Shown here piece after piece: positions 39,483-47,636 of a DNA stretch of 49,776 nt (position 1 is its first letter; the number at the start of each line of letters is the position of its first letter). The stretch comes from Chitinophagales bacterium. Its GTDB lineage: Bacteria; Bacteroidota; Bacteroidia; Chitinophagales; Chitinophagaceae. Made by a program: the position numbers and the translations under genes. The notes below the pieces were generated by a model. That model was not told the origin of the DNA and made no database searches. It worked only from the letters and a program-made list of their open reading frames with translations. The stretch is taken from contig CAXNDZ010000001.1 in the NCBI GenBank assembly GCA_964201225.1, positions 1 to 49,776 on the forward strand. Direction: 5' to 3'.

Positions 39483-40460
39483 CTATTTATTAGCGCCATA
39501 CACAAAGGCTTCCATAACCCTCATTGATTGTAGCGCATCCATTGTAGAACAAGGATTTACGCCATTGCCTAAAAAATAGGAAACTACTTGAGCTATAAAA
39601 TTTTGTTGGTTGTGCAATGGAGGATCAAAATGAATGATCTCTTGTTTCCCACTTTTCTCAATCTTGATATCATTACCAAATACCGGAAATGAAATTTGAC
39701 CATATTCCCCTATAATTTCAAAAACATCTTTTTCCAATTCCGCTGCCACCGTAAAATCCCATTCGCCATTAAATACAATATCATTATTAAGCTGCATGGT
39801 TCCTTTTACGCTGTCTTCGGCCGGATACAATCCTGCTTTATTTTTGGATTTGCCATGATAGTTGATGGCATCACCAAAATAAAAAAATACCAAATCCAAT
39901 TGATGTGGTGCCAAATCATAAAACAAACCACCACCTGCGAGTTCAGGGAATACACGCCAATTATCCGTTGAACCACAATTTTTACTCGGCTGCTTTAACA
40001 TTTTTATATTCACTTGTTTTACAACACCAATATAATTTTCAGCCAATAAACTTTTTACTTTTAAAAATAAGGGAAGTGCGCGACGATAATGTGCCACGAC
40101 TAACTTCACACCTGTGTCATTTGAAATTTGCTGCATGGTTTCACATTCCCGGACATTCAATGCCATTGGTTTTTCAACATACACTGGCTTACCCACCTTC
40201 ATTGCTTTTTCCGCATAAGCTGCATGAAATTTAGGGGGTGTTGCAATATAAATAGCATCCACTTCGGGATGATTAATTAATTGATCTACATCGGTGAAAT
40301 AATAAGGAACATGATGTCGTTGTGCATAGTCCTTTACTTTTTCTGCATCACGTCTCATAACCGCCATTAACTTAGAATTAGGCACTTTATTAAAGGCCGG
40401 ACCGCTTTTAACTTCGGTTACACTACCACAACCAATCATGCCCCATCGAATTATACTCAT
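39483..40460 (-). CDS. Gfo/Idh/MocA family oxidoreductase
   Basis: WGMIGCGSVTEVKSGPAF, YIATPP, YVEKPMA and DLAPHQLD. Confidence 0.9.
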   Translation of the reverse strand: MSIIRWGMIGCGSVTEVKSGPAFNKVPNSKLMAVMRRDAEKVKDYAQRHHVPYYFTDVDQLINHPEVDAIYIATPPKFHAAYAEKAMKVGKPVYVEKPMALNVRECETMQQISNDTGVKLVVAHYRRALPLFLKVKSLLAENYIGVVKQVNIKMLKQPSKNCGSTDNWRVFPELAGGGLFYDLAPHQLDLVFFYFGDAINYHGKSKNKAGLYPAEDSVKGTMQLNNDIVFNGEWDFTVAAELEKDVFEIIGEYGQISFPVFGNDIKIEKSGKQEIIHFDPPLHNQQNFIAQVVSYFLGNGVNPCSTMDALQSMRVMEAFVYGANK

Positions 40461-40599
40461 AATTAATAATTAACCAAAATCAATCATCTAATTTACCAAA
40501 AATAATTGAGGAACTTAGGTTATACAAGTATTAATCTGAATGGGTGATTAAGTAAGGAAATTAAATGCTATGTTTTTACAAATTTTGTATATCGATGAT

Positions 40600-40628
40600 A
40601 AAAAAAGGGCAGTGTAGAAACACCGCCC
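40600..40628 (-). terminator. Intrinsic terminator of tRNA-like transcript
   Basis: Minus strand GGGCGGTGT-TTCT-ACACTGCCC-TTTTTTT; the G-U pair fits the minus-strand orientation. Confidence 0.85.
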
Positions 40629-40663
40629 GTACTTTACGATTGCTTGCTAAAACCAAAACCAAG

Positions 40664-40734
40664 TTGTCATAGATGGGATCGAACCATCGTTAAGGGTTTT
40701 GCTGACCCTTGCCTCACCCCTCGGCCACATGACC
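40664..40734 (-). tRNA. tRNA-Cys(GCA)-like RNA, atypical/pseudo (A33, G1xA72 mismatch, A73)
   Basis: GGTCATG TG GCC GAGGGGTGA GGC A AGGGT CAGCAAA ACCCT TAAC GATGG TTCGATC CCATC TATGACA A. Cloverleaf with intact D, anticodon and T stems and GCA at the anticodon position. Confidence 0.8.
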
Positions 40735-40737
40735 CCA

Positions 40738-40745
40738 CAAAGATA
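40738..40745 (-). promoter_or_regulatory. Bacteroidota -7 promoter (TATCTTTG) abutting the tRNA-like RNA
   Basis: Exact TAnnTTTG only 3 nt upstream of tRNA position 1. Confidence 0.7.
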
Positions 40746-40872
40746 GGGGTTTTTTATTAATGTCTACTAAAATTATAGACTTTAATATCAAATTTTAGCG
40801 GGATCGCCATTATAACAAAAAAATAATTATATTTAACATAGCACTTTTTTTTAAAATATAAACAAAACACCT

Positions 40873-42183
40873 ATGAACAGCCGAAGAATTTTTATAAGAA
40901 ACACTGCTCTAGCTTCTGGGGCATTAATGACTTCAAATATATTTGCCAATAGTAAAATTTTCAATACGGATACTTTACGTGTTGCGACCATTGGTGTGAA
41001 TGGTATGGGATGGTCCAATACCATGGCTGCACTCTCTGTCCCTAACCTTGAAGTGGTGGCTTTATGTGATGTTGATGAAAATGTTTTAAATAAAAGAAAA
41101 GCAGAACTTTTAATCAAACAACCAGGCGTTCAGAAAATTGATACCTATAGTGATTATAGAAAAATTTTAGATCGAAAGGATATTGATATTGTAATTGTAG
41201 GTACACCCGATCATTGGCATGCCTTACAAATGATCAATGCTTGTTCAGCAGGAAAACATGTGTATGTTGAAAAGCCAGCAGGCAACTCCATTGGGGAATG
41301 TAATTCAATGGTTGCTGCAAAAAATAGGTATAATCGTATTGTACAAGTGGGACAATGGCAACGCAGTCAAAAACATTTTAAGGATGCATTAGATGTGGTA
41401 CATTCTGGACAACTGGGTAATATACGTACCACCAAGGTTTGGTGTTATCAGGGTTGGATGCGTCCGCAACCGGTGGTAGCGAATAGTGCGGTGCCTGCAG
41501 GGATTGATTATAAAACTTGGTTAGGTCCAGCAACTACACGTGAGTTTAATGCAAGCCGTTTCCATTTTCATTTTAGATGGTTTTGGGATTATGCAGGTGG
41601 CTTGATGACCGATTGGGGCGTGCATTTATTAGATTATGCCATTCAAGGTATGAATGCAGGCAATCCAAAAAGCGTAAGTGCTTTAGGTGGTAAATTTGCT
41701 TATCCTGAATTAGCGGAAGAAACACCGGATACATTGACTACGTTATATGAATTTGATAAATTCAATTTGGTATGGGATTCGGCGATGGGTATCGACAATG
41801 GCTCCTACGGTCGCGATCACGGTATTGCTTTTATTGGTAATAACGGTACGCTTATATTAGATAGAGGTGGCTGGGAAGTGATTGAAGAAAGACAATCCAA
41901 AAATAAAGTGGCGATAGCGCGACACAAAAGCGAGGACAAGGGTGTAGAATTACATTGGTTAAATTTTACCAATGCCATCAGAAACAATACACCACAAAGC
42001 TTACATTGTTCCATTGAAGATGGTGCACATATTGCGACCATTGCACAAATGGGTAATATCGCTTATCGTTCAGGCCAAAAGGTAAACTGGGATGATAACA
42101 AAAAATTATTTACAGATGCTGCTATCAATAAAGAATATTTTATGAAAGCTTATCAAAATGGATATAGCTTACCTAAGATGTAG
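40873..42183 (+). CDS. Gfo/Idh/MocA family oxidoreductase, Tat-exported
   Basis: SRRIFI signal; ALCDVD, GTPDHWH, YVEKP, VQVGQWQRS and GGLMTDWGVHLLD. Confidence 0.9.
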   Translation: MNSRRIFIRNTALASGALMTSNIFANSKIFNTDTLRVATIGVNGMGWSNTMAALSVPNLEVVALCDVDENVLNKRKAELLIKQPGVQKIDTYSDYRKILDRKDIDIVIVGTPDHWHALQMINACSAGKHVYVEKPAGNSIGECNSMVAAKNRYNRIVQVGQWQRSQKHFKDALDVVHSGQLGNIRTTKVWCYQGWMRPQPVVANSAVPAGIDYKTWLGPATTREFNASRFHFHFRWFWDYAGGLMTDWGVHLLDYAIQGMNAGNPKSVSALGGKFAYPELAEETPDTLTTLYEFDKFNLVWDSAMGIDNGSYGRDHGIAFIGNNGTLILDRGGWEVIEERQSKNKVAIARHKSEDKGVELHWLNFTNAIRNNTPQSLHCSIEDGAHIATIAQMGNIAYRSGQKVNWDDNKKLFTDAAINKEYFMKAYQNGYSLPKM

Positions 42184-42287
42184 TTATGCAAATTTGAATT
42201 TTATCAATAGTCTACTTTAGGTGACAGCTGTATTTGTATGCACGCATCCGCGAATTATTTTTTAACTTACCAATACAAATCAAGTAT

Positions 42288-43592
42288 ATGGCCAACAGAC
42301 GCAACTTTATACAACACATTGGCCTAATGGCAGGCGCTTTTTCAGCAAATAGTTTATTTAACCAAGCACACGCTGCGGAATTTGAACATATCAATTTGCA
42401 AAAAAAATTGCTCAGCCCCAAGGAATTAGCAATGGACGAGGATTATTGGAGTGTCATTCAACAAGGTTATACCGTAAGTCCCTCCTTGATTAATTTAAAC
42501 AATGGGGGTGTATGTCCAAGCCCTAGAATTGTGCAAGAAGCCGTAGAAAAATTCAATAAGATGAGCAATGAAGGCCCCTCTTATTATATGTGGCGAATAC
42601 TAGATCAAGGAAGAGAACCCTTAAGATATAAACTAGCACAATTAGCAGGATGCGATCCTGAAGAAATTGCGATTAATCGAAATGCAACCGAAGCTTTAAA
42701 TACAGTCATCTTTGGATTAAATTTAAAAGCAGGTGATGAAGTAGTGGGAAGTAAATTTGATTATCCAAATATGATCAACGCATGGAAACAAAGAGCGGCA
42801 AGAGAAGGGATTGTTTATAAGCAGTTGGATTTTAAATTTCCAAGCGAAAACGAGGATGAAATGGTGCGCATTTATGAAAACGCAATTACACCTAAAACAA
42901 AAATATTTCATATCACCCATATGGTGAATTGGGTAGGACAAATAATGCCAGTTAAAAAATTATGTGCATTGGCAAAAAAACATGGCATTGAAACTATTGT
43001 GGATGGCGCGCATAGTTTTGGCTTAATGGACTTTACAATCCCAGAATTAGGTTGTGATTATTTTGGTACTTCATTGCATAAATTTTTATCTGCCCCAATT
43101 GGAAGCGGTATGCTTTGGATTAAAAAAGAAAATATCGAAAAAATATGGCCACTCGTTTGCAATGACAATCCGAAGGGAACGGATATACGTAAGTTTGAAA
43201 CACTCGGTACCAGAAGCTTTCCTATTGAACAAGGTATTGGCGAAGCCATCAATTTTCATACTGCTATTGGAAGTAAAAGAAAAGAAGAGCGTATTCGTTA
43301 CTTAAAAAATTATTGGGCAACAAGGGTGAAAGAAATTCCTAAGGTAAAAATAAATACCTCATTAAAAGATGAATTTTCTTGCGCGATATGTGGCGTAAGT
43401 GTGGACGGTATGACACCTGGTGAATTAGACAATGCATTGTTTACAAATTATAAAATACACACCGTGGGTATTGTTTGGGACAATGTAAGCTGTGTACGTA
43501 TAACACCGCATGTGTATACCAGAATACAAGATTTAGATAAATTAGTTTTTGCGATTGAAGCTATTGCAAAAAAATCCCCTGCAAGTAAATAA
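42288..43592 (+). CDS. Class V PLP-dependent aminotransferase-like enzyme (isopenicillin-N-epimerase/C-S lyase-like), Tat-exported
   Basis: NRRNFI signal; LNNGG, RNATEAL, VDGAHS, TSLHKFL (PLP Lys) and VRITPH. Confidence 0.88.
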   Translation: MANRRNFIQHIGLMAGAFSANSLFNQAHAAEFEHINLQKKLLSPKELAMDEDYWSVIQQGYTVSPSLINLNNGGVCPSPRIVQEAVEKFNKMSNEGPSYYMWRILDQGREPLRYKLAQLAGCDPEEIAINRNATEALNTVIFGLNLKAGDEVVGSKFDYPNMINAWKQRAAREGIVYKQLDFKFPSENEDEMVRIYENAITPKTKIFHITHMVNWVGQIMPVKKLCALAKKHGIETIVDGAHSFGLMDFTIPELGCDYFGTSLHKFLSAPIGSGMLWIKKENIEKIWPLVCNDNPKGTDIRKFETLGTRSFPIEQGIGEAINFHTAIGSKRKEERIRYLKNYWATRVKEIPKVKINTSLKDEFSCAICGVSVDGMTPGELDNALFTNYKIHTVGIVWDNVSCVRITPHVYTRIQDLDKLVFAIEAIAKKSPASK

Positions 43593-43630
43593 CTAACAAG
43601 GGATTATACAATTGGGGTTTTAACAATATT

Positions 43631-44089
43631 TTACTTTCTTGCTATTTTAAATGTTTTTGTAAATGACTTGTAAGTTTTACTTACAGGATCCAATGTTTTT
43701 GAAGTCACTAAAACGGTTGCTGTACAAGGCACCCCTGGTGATAGACTATTAATAATCACTGGATTGGTGCCAGCCACTGTGCCCACTTTAGCATCACTAA
43801 ATACGGAGGAATTATCTATATCTTTTTTTACTGTTAGATCAATCGTAACCCCATCCTTTGGAAAAGGGGCAGTAGTTACATTTACATTTACAGGCTGTGA
43901 TGCACTCAATGCTGCAAGATATGCTGTATAATCAATCTCTTTGTTATCTACCTCTATCTTAAATGCGATATCGGGTTCTGCAACCACCACAGGTGGTGGC
44001 GTTGGTGTAACTGGTGTGGATCCACCCCCTTTACTACAAGAAGCAATAACCAAAGTAAATGCCACTAAAATAAAAGAAAATTTTTTCAT
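43631..44089 (-). CDS. Hypothetical lipoprotein
   Basis: MKK-hydrophobic-IASC lipobox, Pro-rich linker and beta-rich domain; TAAATTTG promoter at 44112-44119. Confidence 0.78.
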   Translation of the reverse strand: MKKFSFILVAFTLVIASCSKGGGSTPVTPTPPPVVVAEPDIAFKIEVDNKEIDYTAYLAALSASQPVNVNVTTAPFPKDGVTIDLTVKKDIDNSSVFSDAKVGTVAGTNPVIINSLSPGVPCTATVLVTSKTLDPVSKTYKSFTKTFKIARK

Positions 44090-44288
44090 AACCATTCGGT
44101 TTATATAAAAACAAATTTACATAAAATCCGCAATTTACCGTCCCTAATACCTAAATGTTTGCTTTTGCCTATAAAACATATGAAATAGGTGATAATTTCC
44201 TAAAAATATAGGATAAGGATGATTTAAATTAGAATATTTACAATATGTATATCATTGATTTACATTATTATATGAGATATATTGTGTT

Positions 44289-44810
44289 ATGAAAACCCTA
44301 TTAAAAGTAGTTTACCTAATGTTGGCCTCGTTTTGTAGTTATACCATCAATGCACAAACAAAATATCCAAGTATCATCAACCTGAGCGCAGATTCAAAAC
44401 AAATGGAGGGCATCATCTGGGATTGGAGCTTTGGTGAACAGTTGATGGTTCACACCCTTTATTCTAGTAAAAATTTAATACTCACTACCGGATTTTTACA
44501 AAATGATTTTGGGGGTGGTGTAGATTATAAATTACTGGCATTAACCTCTCCCTTTAAAATAGGCCCTAACCCCTTCATTCAAAATTTAAAAATTAACAGT
44601 GATCAAAGCGGCATTATTATTTCAAAAATTGAAATGAGCAATGCGCAAGGTCAATTATTAAAAATCATACAAGGACCCTTCTCGGGTATTCAATTTGAGC
44701 AAAGCCTATACTTTGCTTCGGTAAATACGGGCATCTACTTTGTTGCAATTCATTATGTTGTTGGGAAATCAAATTTGAAAAAGGAAATTTTCAAAGTAAT
44801 AAAACAATAA
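44289..44810 (+). CDS. Small T9SS type A sorting domain-containing protein
   Basis: Signal peptide; WSFGE...LTTGFLQ N-domain; GPNPF...TGIYFV...FKVIKQ CTD. Confidence 0.78.
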   Translation: MKTLLKVVYLMLASFCSYTINAQTKYPSIINLSADSKQMEGIIWDWSFGEQLMVHTLYSSKNLILTTGFLQNDFGGGVDYKLLALTSPFKIGPNPFIQNLKINSDQSGIIISKIEMSNAQGQLLKIIQGPFSGIQFEQSLYFASVNTGIYFVAIHYVVGKSNLKKEIFKVIKQ

Positions 44811-44816
44811 TAATTT

Positions 44817-46247
44817 ATGAAAAAAACTATTTTATCTCTTTATTTACTATCTCTTTATTTTACAAATTTAAATGCACAAATAAATAAAGGAATTAATTTT
44901 CAAGGCGTTGCCAGAAATAGCAATGGGATCATCTTAGCAAATAAAATTATTGGCCTTCGACTATCCATTAAAAACGATTCCCTAAATGGTGTGATTGAAT
45001 ACCAAGAAATAAAGTCAATTACGACTAATGCGATTGGACTTTTTTCAGTAGTTGTTGGAAGTAAACAAGATCGTAACATAATTAGTATCGGTAATTTTGA
45101 AAATATTAACTGGTCAAATACAGAAAAATATTTACAAGTAGAAGTAGATGTCACAGGAGAATTATATTTTTCAAGCATAGGAATTCAAAAAATTAATTAT
45201 GTGCCTTATGCTTTTTATGCAGACAAGGTAGATGCAGTAAATATAAATGGAATTATAGGGGTGAAAAAAGGAGGGACTGGATTTGACAACATTAAAGATT
45301 TTAAAATTATGGCCGCCATTGATAAAGTCAATAATACACCAGATAGTTTAAAGCCCAGTTCGCTGTATACAATTATCGCATTGAATGAAAAGTTAAAAAA
45401 GTCAGACACGGCTTGGCTTAGCAATCGTATCGATTCGAAATTGAACAAGACAGATACTAATCATTTGAGTAATCGGATTAACCAAAAGTTAAATCTTAGT
45501 GATACAATTAAAATTTATAATAAAATAAATCAAATTCCATTAATAGATACCACCAGCTTGGGTCAGCGAATTAATTTCAAGCTCAATAAATCTGATACCA
45601 ATCATTTGAGTAATCGGATTAATCAAAAGTTAAACCTTAGTGATACAATTAAAATTTATAGTAAAATAAGTGCCATACCAAGTATCGATACAACAAGCTT
45701 AAGTAACAGAATAGATAATAAAATCAGTATTGGTAGCTTGACAAAAATAGCTGTCACCAATGCTTTAAACTACACCCCTGTAGCAAATGATTTTGGTAGT
45801 TTTTATGATACGGCAAAACAGATCACTCCCATCGGCACTGCCTCAGTAGTAAAATTTAATTTTATGAATTTTGCTAACAACATTACCATCACTAATAATA
45901 GCAGTGGACTTCCTACTCGTATCACTGTAAATAACGGAGGGCTTTATAACGTAAAATATACTTTACAATTTATAAAAACAGATGGAGCTAATGATGAAGT
46001 AAGTGTTTGGATCAGGCGAAACAGTAGCGCTTATGTAAATACAAATAACACCTATACAATAACAGGATTGGGAATTAAAAATATGATCTCTAATTCATTT
46101 TTTATAGAACTAGGTGACAACGACTATGTCGAAATATATTTTTCCCTAAAAAATATAAATACAATTCTTGTTAGTTCTAATCCACAGCTAACACCATCCA
46201 GACCAGCTACACCAGCAGCTGTGGTTAGCATTCAAAGAATAAATTAA
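44817..46247 (+). CDS. Secreted fibre/adhesin-like protein with DTxxLSNRI repeats and C1q/BclA-like C-terminal domain
   Basis: GINFQGVARN and VPYAFYA N-domain; about seven DTxx(L/I)xxRIxxK repeats; beta-rich C-terminus (RITVNNGGLYNV.Y..Q, DYVEIY). Confidence 0.7.
   Translation: MKKTILSLYLLSLYFTNLNAQINKGINFQGVARNSNGIILANKIIGLRLSIKNDSLNGVIEYQEIKSITTNAIGLFSVVVGSKQDRNIISIGNFENINWSNTEKYLQVEVDVTGELYFSSIGIQKINYVPYAFYADKVDAVNINGIIGVKKGGTGFDNIKDFKIMAAIDKVNNTPDSLKPSSLYTIIALNEKLKKSDTAWLSNRIDSKLNKTDTNHLSNRINQKLNLSDTIKIYNKINQIPLIDTTSLGQRINFKLNKSDTNHLSNRINQKLNLSDTIKIYSKISAIPSIDTTSLSNRIDNKISIGSLTKIAVTNALNYTPVANDFGSFYDTAKQITPIGTASVVKFNFMNFANNITITNNSSGLPTRITVNNGGLYNVKYTLQFIKTDGANDEVSVWIRRNSSAYVNTNNTYTITGLGIKNMISNSFFIELGDNDYVEIYFSLKNINTILVSSNPQLTPSRPATPAAVVSIQRIN
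45453..45669 (+). repeat. Intragenic direct repeat, about 76 bp x2, period 141 bp (47 codons)
   Basis: 45453-45528 vs 45594-45669 differ at 4 positions; both encode DTNHLSNRINQKLNLSDTIKIY.KI. Confidence 0.85.
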
Positions 46248-46253
46248 TTGTTT

Positions 46254-47546
46254 TTATCCAAAGGGTTGATCAATTGAAATACTTTGTTTGGAAAAAAAGC
46301 GAGGACCTTCTTCTGCGATATACAAACAATCTTCTAATCTAATACCAAATTCACCTGGAATTGATATTGTAGGCTCATCACTAAAACACATGCCTACTGC
46401 CATTGGGGTTTTATTTCCCTTCACAAAATTAGTCCACTCATGCCCCTCGAGTCCTATACCATGTCCAGTTCTATGTGGTAATCCAGGTAATTTATAATTA
46501 TTACTAAAACCGCCATTTTCAATCACCGCGCGCGCAGCCGCATCTACTTCCTCACATGCAACACCAATTTTTATTGCTGCAAATGCAGCATCCTGTGCCC
46601 GCTTTTCTAAATTCCAAACATCAGTTTGTCTTTGCGTAGCCTTTCCTACAACAAATGTTCTTGTAATGTCAGATGCATATCCTTCACAGCTTGTGCCACC
46701 ATCTACCATCACTACATCTCCTTCGCGAATAGTCTGTGGCGTTATACTACCATGTGGCAATGCAGAATATTTCCCAATTTGAACAGATGCGCCACCACTA
46801 TATCCCAACTTTCTAAATGCAGCAGAAATGTTATTACTAAATTCTGTTTGCGACATGCCATCTCGAATTGTTGGAAAAGCAGCCTGATAGGCGAGTATGG
46901 TGATATCACTTGATTTTTGCATTAACGCTAATTCTGCTTTTGTTTTAATCATTCGACAACCTGCAGTGATGGGTGTGGCATCTACTATTTCAAATCCAGT
47001 TGCCACTTTTTTTACGCCATCAGCGATAAAAAATCTTACCCTTTCCTCCATTCCAATTTTGCGATGTTTAACGCCTCTATCTTTTACAATACCCAAAATG
47101 ATAGCATAAGGGCTTTCATGTTCTTCCCAGCATCTTACTTCATCACCAAACACTGGAAGTAATAATTCACGCGCACGATCTTCTTCAAATTTAGGACACA
47201 CATAAGCAATCGCTCCTTTCGCAGGAATCACTACGCCAAATGTACGTTCACTTTGCCCCCATCGCATGCCAGTAAAATAATAGCAGGAAGTAGTTCCTTC
47301 TAAAAATATAGCATCTATTTTTTCACGACCCATCATTGCTTGCGCATTTTGGATTCTTTGTTTGCGTTCTTCTATGGTAATAGGGATAATGCCTTCCTTC
47401 GCTGGCATTAAATCACGAATTGACTTTGGTAAATCATAGTCCGAATCATTATTATTTGCGTTTTTCCCAAATACCGAACCAGACAACGTCATGGCGCCCG
47501 CTGAAAGTGCAGTTAGGCTTAAAAATTTGCGTCTATTATGTGACAT
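46254..47546 (-). CDS. Xaa-Pro peptidase family (M24B), Tat-exported
   Basis: NRRKFL signal; LPHG, VDGG...GYASDITRT, HRTGHGIGLEGHE, SDEP and GIRLED. Confidence 0.92.
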   Translation of the reverse strand: MSHNRRKFLSLTALSAGAMTLSGSVFGKNANNNDSDYDLPKSIRDLMPAKEGIIPITIEERKQRIQNAQAMMGREKIDAIFLEGTTSCYYFTGMRWGQSERTFGVVIPAKGAIAYVCPKFEEDRARELLLPVFGDEVRCWEEHESPYAIILGIVKDRGVKHRKIGMEERVRFFIADGVKKVATGFEIVDATPITAGCRMIKTKAELALMQKSSDITILAYQAAFPTIRDGMSQTEFSNNISAAFRKLGYSGGASVQIGKYSALPHGSITPQTIREGDVVMVDGGTSCEGYASDITRTFVVGKATQRQTDVWNLEKRAQDAAFAAIKIGVACEEVDAAARAVIENGGFSNNYKLPGLPHRTGHGIGLEGHEWTNFVKGNKTPMAVGMCFSDEPTISIPGEFGIRLEDCLYIAEEGPRFFSKQSISIDQPFG

Positions 47547-47636
47547 AATTACTTATTTATATAATTTAAAGATATTACTATTTTGATTCAATCGAAAAAC
47601 TTTACATTTAATATTCTAATAAACAACCTAAGTATT

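Noticed and set aside
40664-40734. tRNA as integration site (att) of an island or prophage
   Set aside because: No integrase nearby and no duplicated tRNA 3' end noticed in the window.
3051-43592. Beta-lactam resistance/catabolism cluster (2 acylases, 2 serine hydrolases, MBL fold, CefD-like enzyme)
   Set aside because: Family names only. The genes are scattered and common in Bacteroidota, and the MBL is a persulfide-dioxygenase type.
44186-44202. TAGG-N9-CCTA inverted repeat upstream of the T9SS pair
   Set aside because: Only 4-bp arms; not distinguishable from chance without conservation data.
45400-45730. CRISPR array or DGR template/variable repeat
   Set aside because: The repeats are in-frame coding repeats with mostly T/C differences, no unique spacers, and no cas or reverse transcriptase gene.
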